Shown: positions 44,586 to 57,745, counted from the first letter of the stretch. The stretch is 64,000 nucleotides of DNA from the human T2T-CHM13v2.0 reference genome, Homo sapiens (GCF_009914755.1 NC_060937.1); one strand, 5' to 3'. Notes: generated by a model not told the origin, from the sequence alone. Translations and numbers: made by a program.

Positions 44586-47500
44586 AATTTATTTATTAAA
44601 TTTTTAATAATTTCAGCTTTAGATATAGGTGGTACATGTGCAGGTTTGTTATCTGGGTATAGTGCGTGATGCTGAAGTTCAGGGTATGGTTGGTTCTGCC
44701 ACCCAGGTACAGAGCACAGTACCAATAGTTAATTTTTCAACCCTTGTGCCCCTCCTTCCCCTCTCTAGTAGTCTGCAATGTCTAATGTTGTCATCTTTAT
44801 GTCCATGAGCACCCAGTGTTTAGATCCCGCTTATAAGTGTGACCATGCAGCGTTTGGTTTCCTTTCCTGCGTTAATGGCCTCCAGCTGCATTCATGTTTC
44901 TGCAGAGGACATGATTTCATTCTTTTTTATGAGTGCATGGTATTCCATGCCGTATACGTATCACATTTTCTTTATCCAATCCGCTGTTGGACAACAAGGT
45001 TTATTCCATGTCTTTGCTATTATGAAGAGTGCTGCAATGAACATTCGAGTGCATGTGTCTTTTGGGAAGAATGGTTTATTTTCTTTTGGATATATATACC
45101 CAGTAATGGGGTTGCTGGGTCAAATGGTAGTCCTAAGTTTTTTGCTTAGGATTGCTTCATCTATTTGGGCTCTTTTTTGGTTCCATGTGAATTTTAGAAT
45201 AGTTTTTTTTTTTTTTCTAGTTCTGTGAAAAAGGACATTGATAGTTTGATAGGAATAGCATCAAATCTATAGATTGCTTAGGGCAGTATGGCCATTTTAA
45301 TGATAGTGATTGTTGCAACATGTAAGCATGAAATATTTTACCATTTGTTTGAGTCATCTATGACATCTTTCAGCAGTGTTTCCTTGTAGAGATCTTTCAT
45401 CTCCTTGATTAGATGTATTCCTAGGTAGTTTTTTTTTTTGTGGCTATTGTAAATAGGATTGCATTTTTAATTTGGTTCTCAGCTTGAATGTTGTTGGTGT
45501 ATAGAACTGCTACTGATTTTTGTACATTTATTTTGTATCCTGAAACTATTGAAGTCATTTTTGAGTTCCAGGAGCCTTTTGGCAAAGTCTTTAGGGGTTT
45601 TTAGGTATAGAATTATATTGTCAGCACAGAGAGATAGTTTGATTTCTTCTTTTCCTATCTGGATGCCTTTTATTTCTTTCTCAAGAGAAAGAAATAAAAG
45701 GCATCCAGATAGGAAAAGAAGAAATATACTATGTTGGTAGTACCTAGTATGTCTACCGCTATGTTGGTTGACATAGTACTATGTCCAGTAGTATGTTGAA
45801 TAGGAGTGGTGAGACTGGGCATCCTTGTCTTGTTCCAGTTCTCAAGGGAAATGGTTTTAGTTTTTGCCCATTCAGTATGATGTTTGCTGTGGGTTTTTCA
45901 CAGATGGTTCTTATTATTTTGAGATATGTTCCTTCAATGCCTAGTTTCTTGAGGGTTTTATAATGAAGGGATGTTGGATTTTAGCAGAAGCTTTATCTGT
46001 GTCCTTTGAAATGATCACTTTTTTTGTTTTTAATTCCGTCTATGTGAAGAATCATATTTATTGATTTGCATATGTTGAACCAATCTTGAATCCCAGGGAT
46101 AAAGACTGCTTGATTGTGGTGAATTAACTTTTTTATGTGCTGATGGATTTAGTTTGCTAGCATTTTGTTGAGGATTTTTGCATCTATGTTCATCAGGGCT
46201 CTTGGCCTGTAGCTTTCTTTTTTTTTATTGTGTCTTTGCCAGGTTTTGGTACCAGGATGATAAGGGTTTTGGTATCAAGATGATGAGGGCTTTGGTATCA
46301 CAAGGAGTGAGGGAGGCATCTCTCCTCCATGATTTTTTGGAATAGTTTCAGTAGAATTGGTGCTGGCTCTAGGTTGAACATCTGGTAGAATTTGGCTGTG
46401 AATACATCTGATCCAGGTTTTTTTTAGGTGATTATGTTTTTTATTACTGATTTGGTTTTGGAACTCTATATTGGTCTGCTCAGGGTTTCAATTTTTTCCT
46501 GATTCAATCTTGGAGATTGTGTATTTACAGGAATTAATCAATTTCCTCTAGATTTTCTAGTTTTTGTGCATAGGGGTGTTCATAATAGTCTATGAGTATC
46601 TCTTGTATTTTTGTGGAATCAGTTGTAATGTTGCCTTTGTTGTTTGTGATTGTGCTTATTTGAATCTTCTTTTTCTGTTAATCTAGCAAGTAGTCTATTG
46701 ATCATGTTTAGCCTTTCAAATAACTTTTGGCTTCATTGATCCTTTGTATGAATTTTTGGGGCTCAGTTTTGTTCACTTCTACTCAGATTTCAGTTATTTC
46801 TTTTTTTCCTGTTAGATTTGGACTTTGTTTCTTTTGTTCCTAGTTCCTCTAGGTGTAATTTCAGATTGCTAATTTGAGATCATTCTAAATTTTGAGTTAG
46901 GAATTTAGTGCTATGAACTTCCCTCTTAATACTGCTTTTGCTGCATTCCATAGATGTTTGTATTTTGTAGTTCTGTTTTCATTTATTTCAAATAATTTTC
47001 CTGGTGTCTGCCTTAATTTCATTATTTACCCAAATGTTATTCAGGAGTAAGTTGTTTAATTTCCATATATTTGTGTGGTATGAGAGATATTCTTGGTATT
47101 GATTTCTGTTTTTACTCCACTGTATTCTGAGAGTATGGTTGGTATGCTTTCAGTTTTTTGAATTTGTTGATACTTGCTTTATGGCTGAGCATGTGGTCAA
47201 TCTTAGAGTATATTCTGTGTGCAAATGAGAAGAATGTATATTCTGTGTTTGTTGGATTGGATATTCTGTAGATGTCTATTAGGTCTAATTTGTCAGGTAT
47301 TGAATTTAAGTCCAAAATTTCTTTGTTAGTTTTCTCCCTTAATGATTTATCTAATGCTGTGAGTAGGGTGTTAAAGTCCCCCACTGTTTTGTGTGGCTGT
47401 CTTTTCGAAGGCCTAGAAATACTTGTTTTATGAATCTGGGCACTCCAATGTTTGTTACGTTGGGCGTATATATATTTAGAATAGTTAAGTCCTTTTGTTG

Positions 47501-48232
47501 AATTGTACCCTTTATCATGTAATGCCCTTCTTTGTCTCTTTTTACTGTTGTTCATCTAAAGCCTGTTTTGTCTGATGTGAGAATAGTGACCCCTGTTCTT
47601 TTTTGTTTTCTGTTATTGTGGTAGGTCTTTCTTCCACCCTTTACTTTGAACCTGTGTGTGTGATTACACATGATATGAGTCTCTTGAAGAAGGCAGATGG
47701 ATGGGTCTTGTCTTTTTTTTAAATTGAACTTCCTACTCTGAGTTTTTTAGTAGAGTATTTAGAGCATTTATGTTCAAGGTTAATATTGATATATAAGGTT
47801 TTGATTCTATCATGAAGTTGTTAGCTGGTTCCTTTTTTGTTTCTATCATGTAGTGGCCTCATAGGGTCTGTGAGCTATGTAGTTAAGTGTGTTTTTGTGG
47901 TGGCAGGCACTGTTATTTTGTTTTCATGTTTAAGGCTCTCTTAAGGATCTCTGGTAATATTGGCCTATTGGTAATAAATTCCTTTAGTGTTTGCTTGTCT
48001 GGAAAATATTTTCTTTCTTCTTTGCTTACGAAACTTAGTTTGGTGGAATTTGAAATTTTTGGTTCAAATTTCTTTCTTTAACAATGCTGAAAATAGGCCC
48101 CCAAGCTCTCGTGACTTGTAAGGTTTCTGCTGAGAAGTCTTCTGTTTGCCTGATGGGGTTCCCTTTGTATATGATCTGATCTTTTTTTCTAGCTGCCTTT
48201 AAGATTATTTCTTTAGAATTGATTTTGGACAG
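44586..48232 (-). mobile_element. 5'-truncated L1PA15/16-like LINE-1 reaching into ORF1, with ~0.9-kb internal deletion
   Basis: 3'UTR and decayed EN (GDFNT...YSKIDHML at 47112-47555); TSD ttgactattt at 44576-44585 and 48233-48242; jump near 45140 relative to the 8693 copy. Confidence 0.9.
45642..45725. repeat. Perfect inverted repeat, 41-bp arms, 2-nt spacer
   Basis: 45642-45682 is the exact reverse complement of 45685-45725 (checked base by base). Confidence 0.97.
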
Positions 48233-49069
48233 TTGACTATTTTAGATATCTCACACAAGTGGAATCATACAGTATTTGTGCTCTTGTGACTGGCTTATTT
48301 CACTTAGTCTGTCCTTAAAGTTCAAACATACTGTAGCATTTGACAGTATCTCCTTTTTTAAGGCTGAATAATATTCCATTGTATGTATACTCAATATTTT
48401 CTTTATCCGTTCATCTGTCAGTTGAGCATTTGGATTGTTTCCACTTCTTTGGTCTTGTGAATAATGTTGCAGTGAACATAGACATGCAAAATATATTTTT
48501 AAGTTTCTGTTTTCAGTTCTTTTGGGCGTGTACCAAAGGAACTGCTGGATCATATGGTAGTTCTATTTTTAGTTTTTTGAAGAACTTCCATACTGTTTTC
48601 CATAGTGGTTATACCATTTTACTTTCCTACATACAGTGCACAAGGGTTTCAATTTCTTCATATCCTCACACATATTTGCTATTTTTCTGTTTTTTTGATG
48701 ATTTGAAAATTTTATTTTTATTCTTCTAGTAATTATGCCTAATATATTAAGATACATTTTAATTATATTTTTTTCTTATCAGTGACTTAAGATTATCGAT
48801 ATCTATATAGCTGTCTTCCCATATAGATGAGTACTTTAGCATACCTGCATTTCCCAGTGTTTTTCCTCTGTACTTTATCCCATTCCACTCTTCTGTTAGT
48901 AGTATCGAGAATTTTTGTAGTAAATTATTTTAGGTATACTTTTGTATACTTCTGTCACTTAACCCTCTAAACTTGACTAAATTACTTACTTATATATTTT
49001 TCATATATTTTATGTATCTCATCCCTCATGATTTTTTTCTTTCCTTTTTTTTTGGAGTACTTTTTCCAA

Positions 49070-49280
49070 GACAGGATCCAGAAGGTTTTGTGTAAAAAAC
49101 CTCTTGAGGCCTTGTATGCATCAGAACATCATCACTGTAATCTTACATTAAAATGATAGTTTTACTAGATATAAAATTTTAGGTTCAACATTATTTTCTT
49201 TCAACACTTTGAAAAATCTACTCCATTGTTATTATTCCCACAATGTAGCTGGTGAAAAGTCTGATGTCAAGTTGATTTCC
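49070..49280 (-). mobile_element. Ancient L1M/HAL1 ORF1-region relic
   Basis: atgatagttttactagatataaaattttaggttc...gaaaagtctgatgtcaag. Confidence 0.55.
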
Positions 49281-50213
49281 TTTGTTGGTAATCTGATTTA
49301 TTTCTCCAGATGGCCTGGGTTACTACTTTTTATAGGGAGTTTTTCTCCTTTGACTTCCATCACTATTCCTTAGAGTATGTAGTGGGAGAGGCAGAGGAGA
49401 GAATTTCATGTGGCTTTTAGTTCAACTGCAACTGTTGTTATCTGTTATTCTTCTTATCTGGTTTCAGAAAATTGTTTTAATGTTGTCCTTGTAGTGTTGG
49501 TCTGATGCTGTGGTTTTTCTGCCCCACCGTGACAATATGCAGATTAATGTGGCAGTGAGTAAAGAACAAAATAAAAAAACAATTTTCTTAAACTTACCCA
49601 TACATTGTGTTCCAGGCCTTCTGTGACAAGCAGCTGTCTGCCTCTACACCCCATCAAATTCTCAACTTCCTTCATCTTTGTATGGGTTTCTCATAGTCTT
49701 TGCTTTAGTGCTTCAGATTAACATACTTTCTTGAGCTGGTTCGGAAAAGCAGGCAACAGAAGTTTGTCGTCTTGTAAGAAACAGAATTTCTTTTCTATAA
49801 TTGAGATGGTCTGCTTAGGAAATATATGACAAAGGACTAAATCCAATCTATTTAAATATTAAAGGCAAAGGTGACCTCAGAATTCTGAAGGTTTAGTGTT
49901 ATATTTCTTTGGGAAAGTCATCCCTTTCAGTTATATGACTTCGGAGAAAAATAGTACATCGAACTATGTAGGAGGAGGGGGCACAAATCTCGTTAGCCTG
50001 AACAGGCAAATCAAGCACTGCAGTTGATCAACAGAGTGATAAATGTTGCAACCAAATTGCTCTCACGTTTCATACTTGGTGATCAGTTTAATGAACAAGA
50101 TGAAGAGGAAGGTAAAAAAAGAGATTTCTAATACAGAAAGAGGAGCTGATGATATATATGCAGTCTACAAAAAAGGAAAAAGATTGTTAATGTTGACTGC
50201 AGAATTCTCTAAG

Positions 50214-50421
50214 GCAAGCTTGTCCAACCTGTGGCCCATGGGCAGCATGTGGCCCAGGACGGCTTTAATGTGGCCCAACACAAATTTGTAAACTTTCTTA
50301 AAACATTGAGTAATTTTTTGATTTTTTTTTTCACTCATCAGCTATTGTTAATGTTAGTGTGTTTTATATGTGGCCCAAAACAGTTCTTCCAATGTGGCCC
50401 AGGGAAGCCAAAAGACAACCT
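50214..50421. mobile_element. MER30 (hAT-Charlie)
   Basis: caagcttgtccaacctgtggccc...gtggcccaacacaaatttgtaaactttctt...gtggcccagggaagccaaaaga. Confidence 0.9.
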
Positions 50422-50450
50422 GTTCTAGAGCATTAAAAAAAAAATTAAGA

Positions 50451-50690
50451 AACACCGCATGTTCTCACTCATAAGTGAGAGCTGAACAATGAGAACACAT
50501 GGACATAGGGAGGGGAACATCACACACCAGGGCCTGTCAGTGAGTCGGGGGCTAGGGGAGGAATAAGATTAGGAGAAATACCTGATGTAGGTGACGGGTT
50601 GATGGGTGCAGCAAACCACCGTGGCACGTGTACACCTATGTAACAAAACTGCACGTTCTGCACATGGACCCCAGAACTTAAAGTATAATA
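50451..50690 (+). mobile_element. L1PA7-like 3' end
   Basis: gacgggttgatgggtgcagcaaaccac...cttaaagtataataaa; TSD aaaaaaaattaaga on both sides. Confidence 0.92.
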
Positions 50691-51734
50691 AAAAAAATTA
50701 AGAGTGATATAGTAGAGATGCTTTTGTGCTCGTAAAATGGAACAATAAAAAAATTCCAGTAAAACTAATGACTGTCATGCCGAACTGTCTAATATACAAT
50801 AGAAAATAATTTAGAAAATCTGGTACGTTTTGATTGACATTGCTATGCCTTTAGCTTAGATTTGTTGGTTTTAAAGGAAACTATAAACTCAGTTTCAGGG
50901 ATACATGTTAAGCAACTTCAGATTTAAACTGTTTACAACTGCTAGCTTTTGTGTATGGTTTTCATTTGACATTATAAATTTCCACTCTGCATGGGAATCA
51001 CCTGGAATTCATTCCAGATGGGTGATTCTCAAAGACACTTTCAGTTAGTTAGAAGTCTAAAACTGTCTGACTTCTAGTCTCTGCTAGAGTGTGTTCTATT
51101 TTTTTAAGTTCTAGTAAGCATTTTCCTGAAGTAATAGTAGCCAACTCTTTATTTCTAGTGACTGAGAATTTCATTCAGAGGCGATGGGTGATTTAATTTT
51201 TAGGAATGGAAAGCTTTGCTAATGAATTAAGTTAAAATATTTTCACACAGTGGTCCAATTGAAATGTAAATATAATACACATAATATGTAACATTCTGTT
51301 CATGTCCCTAATAGCTGACACATGCTTTAGCTGGAAATAAATGAAAACATATGGGCATGAACATGTTGTCATCATGTCAAAACAAAGCGTTCATTTCAAA
51401 ATGTTTTATGAAACTATATTTGTTTCAAACATGGTATGTGCTGTATTGCCATAATGAGAAAAGTTTTCCTGTCAAAATGCTTTTTATGGAGTTTATCTGA
51501 AGGGCAGCTATGGAGGGCAGTTTCTAGAGAAATCTGTATCAATATCCTTAGTCCATCCTTGGAGTGTTGCATATCTTTTGGTGTTCTTTCCTTCTTTTCT
51601 CCCACTTTTCTGTTGTCGACTTAAATTGTGATATAGCAAAAAAAATTGGTTTCATGATTTTGTGAAAATATTACTAAACTAGAGTCCAGGGATTCTTCTT
51701 TCTTTGCATCTATGATTTTTTTTCTTTTCTTTTA

Positions 51735-52740
51735 AAAGTTATTTATTATTTAATCATTTTATATATATTTAGAGGGTACAAGGGCAGATTTCTTACATGC
51801 GTCTGTTGCGTTGTGATGATGTAACTGCCTGAGGGGTTCTTCCTACCCACTGCATAAAGAAAGACCATGGCCTTAGAGTAGAGAAAGAGTTTAATAGACA
51901 CTGAGCCAGCCATGCCACAGGGGAGCTGGAATTTGTACTCAGATGATCTAGGTTGAAGCTCATGGGTTAGGGGTTTTTCAAAGGCAGTTTGAGGGAACAG
52001 GTGGGTGTGGCCAGGTAACAGGTGCTTGTTGCTGATTGGTTGGGCTGGAGATGAAATCATAGGGGGTCAAAGCTGTCCTCCTGAGGGCTGAATCGCTTCT
52101 GGTTAGGGCCACAGGAGCAGCGTTGGTGGTCTAGGTAGAGACATCAGGTTTAGTTGGAGCCATCAGTGTCAAACATGCAAAAAACCTGGAAAGATAACTA
52201 AAAAGGTCAATCTACAATAGTGGTGTTATTTGCAGGAGTAATTGGGGAAGTTGCTTGTCTTATAACCTCTGGAATAACAGCTGACAATCCTTTATGTCTG
52301 CACCTTAGCAGGACTCAGCTGCCTCTCTTCCCTGCAGCCTGGTGGCCTCCCATTAGCTTTTAAAAGTAGTTGAATTTTGGGCATTTACACTGTAGCCTAA
52401 ATATCTTCCAAAGTTAGCTCAGCCCAACAGCCCACAATTAATTTAGGGAAACACAAGATCGGGGGTTAGCTTAGCTTTCTGTTGTAATTTTTCTCACTGA
52501 TATAATTTTTGCAAAGGTGGTTTCAGTGAAGTCTGGGTGATATTGTACCCAACAGGTAATTTTTCATCCCTCACTTCCCCCTCACCCTCTCATCTTTTGT
52601 AGTCTCCAGCGTCTGCTCTTTCACTCTGTATGTCCACGTGTACCCATGGTTTGGCTCCCACCTATAAGCATGAACCTGTGGTATTTGACTTTCCATTTCT
52701 GCGTTATTTCACTTAGTATAATGGCCTCCAGCTCCATCTG
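51735..52740 (-). mobile_element. L1PB/L1MA 3' end split by LTR8
   Basis: tttagagggtacaagggcagatttcttacatg | gtgaagtctggg...ttatttcacttagtataatggcctccagctccatc. Confidence 0.75.
51820..52525 (-). mobile_element. LTR8/LTR8A (ERV1) solo LTR
   Basis: Minus strand starts tgaaaccacctttgcaaaaattata and ends ...gcagttaca; 4-bp TSD atga/gtga. Confidence 0.88.
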
Positions 52741-53601
52741 CTTTAATACATCTATGATTATTCAAACTCATAGTCCTCAATGCCTAGGTCTAGTTGGTCC
52801 ATTTTATTTTTCACTCATATTCTATGCACATTTCTGCTGTGTGCCTTCATCATATCTACTACCTGCAATGCCAGCCTCCTTTCTCTTGATTAATTTACGC
52901 TGATTAGTTCTATTCTAGGTGCCCCATTTTGTTTTTTTACAAAGATCCTCAGTAAATCCAGATGGCTTTGTTTCTCTTCATGTTCTGTTTGTTCATTTAT
53001 AATGTGTTTTTGGCACTGTATTGTATAGAAACTTGTATGATTTTGTATTTTGAATTATTTCATATATATTGTAAACCAAAAATAAAATTCTAAGCTCCAA
53101 CTGATTGATGGACGCCCCCCTCTTGGCCAAGGGCACTCCAAAGTAAATCTGAAAATCTAGTTCAGGCCATGATGGGAAGAGGGAGTCAGATATACTTCAT
53201 TATACCCTCCTCTCTTGGGAATTCAGGCACACCTGACCAGAGTTAACATTAAAACAGAGATCTTAAGACTGATAAAGACTCTGTAGCAATAAGACACCAT
53301 TTCCAACCTGACTCTAGTGTAGCATCACATGACAGACAGCAGGCCTAAAAGGAATCACAATATTTTACCCCGAAATATATTTCTTTGACATATTTTGAAA
53401 TGGCCCTGTAAGGCTGTCCCTTGTGGGGGAAAATATACATTCTGTAGAAAATCTCTTTCTCTTTTCAGGAGAGATTTAACTAAGATCTAGGAGAGAGTTA
53501 CCTAAGAGTCTAGCACCTTTTTAGGTCTGATAAGAGCTCTGAAACCTGCTACCTGGAGGCTTCAGCTGCATAATCAAACCTTTGTCTCCACAATTGTTTA
53601 T

Positions 53602-53841
53602 CTTGAGAGCTTGTTTGGAGGTTCTAGCAAGACAGCATAGCTACTCGTATACCCTTGACTGAAGACCGGTCCTTCTTTATCAGGGATGGTCATCCTCTTC
53701 GACCGAGTGCGCAGCTTCAGGAGGGACACACATGGAGCGGTAAGGGAGGAAGGGGCCACCCGCCTAGCCAGCCAGATCAGCCAAATCAACCCTGGCATTT
53801 AATGGGGTGACAGATGTCACAGCCAGGTTGCCCTCACATCC
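53602..53841 (-). pseudogene. 7SK snRNA retropseudogene (RN7SKP-type), nt 1 to ~240, 3'-truncated and tailless
   Basis: Minus strand GGATGTGAGGGC..CTGGCTG..ACATCTGTCACCCCATT...GGGTATACGAGTAGCT...CTAGAACCTCCAAACAAGCTCTCAAG matches 7SK; TSD cacaa(ttg/cca)tttatctt at 53589-53604 and 53843-53858. Confidence 0.95.
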
Positions 53842-53904
53842 ACACAACCATTTATCTTAACCCAGACATTTCTTACTATTGATTTCAAATCTTTACATAA
53901 TAAT

Positions 53905-54193
53905 GGATATGGTTTGGCTCTATGTCCCCACCCAAATCTCACATCAAATTGTAATCCCCACTTGTTGGTGGAGGGGACTAGTGGAAAGTGATTGGATCAT
54001 GGGGGGGACCCTTCCCCCTTGTTCTTGTGATAGAGTTCTCATGAGATCTGATGGATTAAAAGTGTGGCACTTCCTCCTTCACTCTCTTCTGCCACTTTGT
54101 GAAGAAGGCACTTGCTTCTACTTCACCTTCCACCATGATTGTAAGTTTCCTGAGGCCTCCCCAGCCATGCAGAACCGTGAGTCAGTTAAACCT
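53905..54193 (+). mobile_element. THE1D/MSTA-like LTR, 3' terminus missing
   Basis: gatatggtttggctctatgtccccacccaaatctca...gtgagtcagttaaacct, then MER4 resumes. Confidence 0.88.
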
Positions 54194-54811
54194 GGCAATA
54201 ACCAATTGCCAATCAGATAATGCTTGAATCCACCTATGACCTGGAAGCCCCCACTTTGAGTTGTCCCACCTTTCCGAACTGAAGGAATATACACCTTACA
54301 TGTAGTGATTGGTGTCTCAGGTCTCCCTGAAACATATAAAACCAAGCTGTTTTTATAGGTTTTTACAGGTCGTGTAGCCTGACCACCTTGGGCATATGTT
54401 CTCAGGATCTCCTGGGGCTGTGTCACGGATTGCGGTCCTCATATTTGTCTCATAATAAATCTCTTCAAATATTTTACAGAGCTTAACTGATTTTTGTCAA
54501 CCAGATATATCTTTTTGACTGGAAGAGTATAAATTCCTTGAGGGCAAAAATATGTTTTATAAATTTTTATTGATATGTGTTTTTCTTTTAACATTGTGAG
54601 GCACATAAGTAGTGCCACATCCATTGGCATTTTATTGGTCTGTTTGAATTTTATTAGTCTAATTTCAACTCTACCACCAACTGTGTTTTCTGAATGAAAC
54701 TTTAAATTTATTTCCTATATTAATAGTCATTAATTAACATATATGGGTTTTGATTGAATTAATCTTTTCCAATTTTTATCTCTATGAATTCTAATTGATT
54801 TTTATGGGTGA

Positions 54812-55195
<384 letters not shown>

Positions 55196-55299
55196 TAACC
55201 CACCGTTCTAAGCTCCCTCTTCTGTGCTCCTTTTCCTTTGATTTACCCCCATTACTTCATTTATAGAAAATACTACATCACCTTATAGATTTTTGGTGG

Positions 55300-55580
55300 C
55301 TATTTCCCCTGCAAGACTGAATTCATGAGGACAATGACCAATGTTTAATTTTCTATTTTCAGTATTTATATAGTCAGTCCTTAGTATATAGTAGACTTTC
55401 AATAAGAGTTTGCTGCATAAAAACTATTCTTACAACAATCTTGTAGGATAGGTACTATTTTTATAGAAACTGAGACTCAGAGAGTCCAAGTGAGTTACAA
55501 AATTCACACAGCAGCAATTGCATGCATGCCGAAGGATTCTATTCATAGTTATGACTCCAAGTTCAAGGATTTCTTCTAAA
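55300..55580. mobile_element. L2 3' tail (+) abutting MIR (-)
   Basis: tagtagactttcaataagagtttgctgcataaa; tacaacaatcttgtaggataggtactatt...gaaactgagactcagagag. Confidence 0.6.
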
Positions 55581-55707
55581 GGCAGCCAATGCTAGAAATG
55601 TGCTTCCCGCTGAGACTCAGTGTTGTTTATAGTTTTTAATTGATTTGTGACTTTGAAATTAATGGAAATATTATTTATATTTTTTCTATTTGAGGTATAA
55701 TTTTTTG

Positions 55708-55870
55708 ACAGTTTTATTGAGATGTAATTCACATACTATGCATTTCACTCATTTATTACTTTTTAATATATTCACAGATATGTGCAACATCACCGTAGTC
55801 AATTTCAGGCCATTTGTATCAACTCAAAAAGAAACTTAGTATCCATTAACTAACCCCCACCCCCAGCTAC
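55708..55870 (-). mobile_element. L1MB 3' end
   Basis: acagttttattgagatgtaattcacatac...tatattcacagatatgtgcaac. Confidence 0.75.
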
Positions 55871-57745
55871 CACTCCCCAGGTAAATTCTTAAGGCGTAAG
55901 GGTAATTCAAATATTTGTGTGCTGTAAGTTTAATGTCCCTTTCACAGCCTTTACTAGTAACTGTTTAAGTGTTGTCAGCAGGTTAATTATTCCTAGTTAA
56001 AAAACATTTAAAGGTAACTTTCCAATTAAATAATTTAGAAGGTGAAACTTCAAGACTGAGTTGAGTGTTGTCAATGTGTGTATAATGGTTATAATATTTT
56101 CATGCCACTTACTCAGGCATAAAGAAGTAATATTTTTTATGTTTGAAATAACTCATCTGAATTTCTATTTCAGTTCCTCATGGCAGAACACATAGTCTTG
56201 GTGCGTTCTGGGTAAACACAGTAATTTTGCAATTAAACCCAGTAACATTAGTTGTAACTCTACAGGATAGCATTGGGAAGCAGTGACTGCTGGTTGTTGC
56301 CATCTGTCCAGTTTGTCATCTGTTTAGGTGCAACTTGCTCCATCTGTCAGCTGGGCATGCTTCTTCTCTACATCTGCACCCCCTGAATAGTAAGCCTTCT
56401 GATTAGGATTTGGTTTATGTTCTTCACTGTTCCTGTCTAAAGAGAAAGCCCTTAAGGCTTCTTGTTCCTAGTTAGAGGGAGGTAGGAAAATAAGGTTGCT
56501 TTCTTAAGTCACTTCAGACCTGTGGGGGACTGGGTGAGGTGGCAGCAGACACTCTCTGCCTCTATCCCACATGCTTCCAGCCAGCTTCTCATCTGCTGTA
56601 GGAAACTTTTAGGACTTGGCTTATTCCTCCAGGCCTCCACCAAGAAGAGAGCCTCTCCTTTCTACCATCACACCCCCAAACTTCTCTGGAGCTTTGCATT
56701 TACTTGCTTGCTTTTGAAGCTTACTCTTGTTTTAGATGGTGGAAAGGTGGAAGAAGTGCAGGCCGCTGAGATCATTTTCATAAGTGTCTGTTTTGCTTTT
56801 CCTTCAATTCTTTTTGAGAACATGAATAGCAATATTGTGTGATGTGTAGGAATACATACGTCACAGTCATATTATAAAAACATGTCTGGAAAAGGCAAAC
56901 CCAAATTCAAATGAAAGTAACCTCCTACAAGGGTTAAGGAAAAAGAGTTTATGAGATATTTGAATTTATTAAAATTTTAGTTCATAAAATCATTGTTACA
57001 TCTTTATTTTGTTAAGAATAATGAATCATTTCTAAATATTTGGACTCTCTGTGTGCTTAATCAGAGAGGATGAGACAGTTAGCAGGATATGCCATTTCAG
57101 CAATACCCAAGTCAAAAACAGCCAAAACATCTTGATTAGCATTAGAAAGGTCTGATGACTATAAAGACATGGCATAATGTGACAAATCCAAGAATGGTTT
57201 CAGAGCATAATGATAAAGGTTCCCTAAATTTTCTTTCAGAAATAAAGTAATTATAATCATGTAATACATTCCAAGCCTGAGTATACGTGAAATTGCTGTC
57301 AAAATCTGCCTCAGGATATTTAAACTTTCAGTAATTGTAAGTTTAATTTCTAGTGAAGAGTACATGTATTCAGTTGGAAATAATTTTGCCTCCCATAAAA
57401 TAGACCAAATTAAACCAAATTAGTATACTTCAAGAGAAACCGAATGCAATAATGTGATTTTTTCAGTAAATTCTTCTGAAGTACAATATTGTGTCACTGC
57501 TTAATTTCTTAAATGTCCAGAGTTGTCAGATAGGTTTTAACTTATATGGTACCTCCTGGGGAGCTGTGAGGAAAATGATTTTCAGGTTGGTTCCTGGCTT
57601 TAAGGAAACAGTACAGGAACTGAATGATTAATGCCCATTTTGTGTTGGGGGATGCCTTGTCTGGCCTCATTCCTAACAGTGGTGCCATATAGATTATATT
57701 GTACACACCACTTTGGATAACATATAAATTTTGATATGAATTTAA

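Larger units (their letters stand above)
44365..48700 (-). mobile_element. L1MB/late L1MA 3' end (44365-44585 and 48233-48700), split by a younger L1
   Basis: aaactgaaactctgtgcccattaaac...ttgactattt | ttgactattttagatatctcacacaagtggaatcatacag. Confidence 0.8.
53070..54503 (+). mobile_element. MER4-family (ERV1) LTR containing nested 7SK and THE1/MST insertions
   Basis: tgtaaaccaaaaataaaattctaag start; gaccaccttgggcatatgttctcagga; aataaatctcttcaaatattttacagag end. Confidence 0.88.

Noticed and set aside
53602-53841. Functional 7SK gene
   Set aside because: 3'-truncated, CpG-decayed, TSD-flanked, lacks the terminator, and the upstream DNA is LTR rather than a PSE/TATA promoter.
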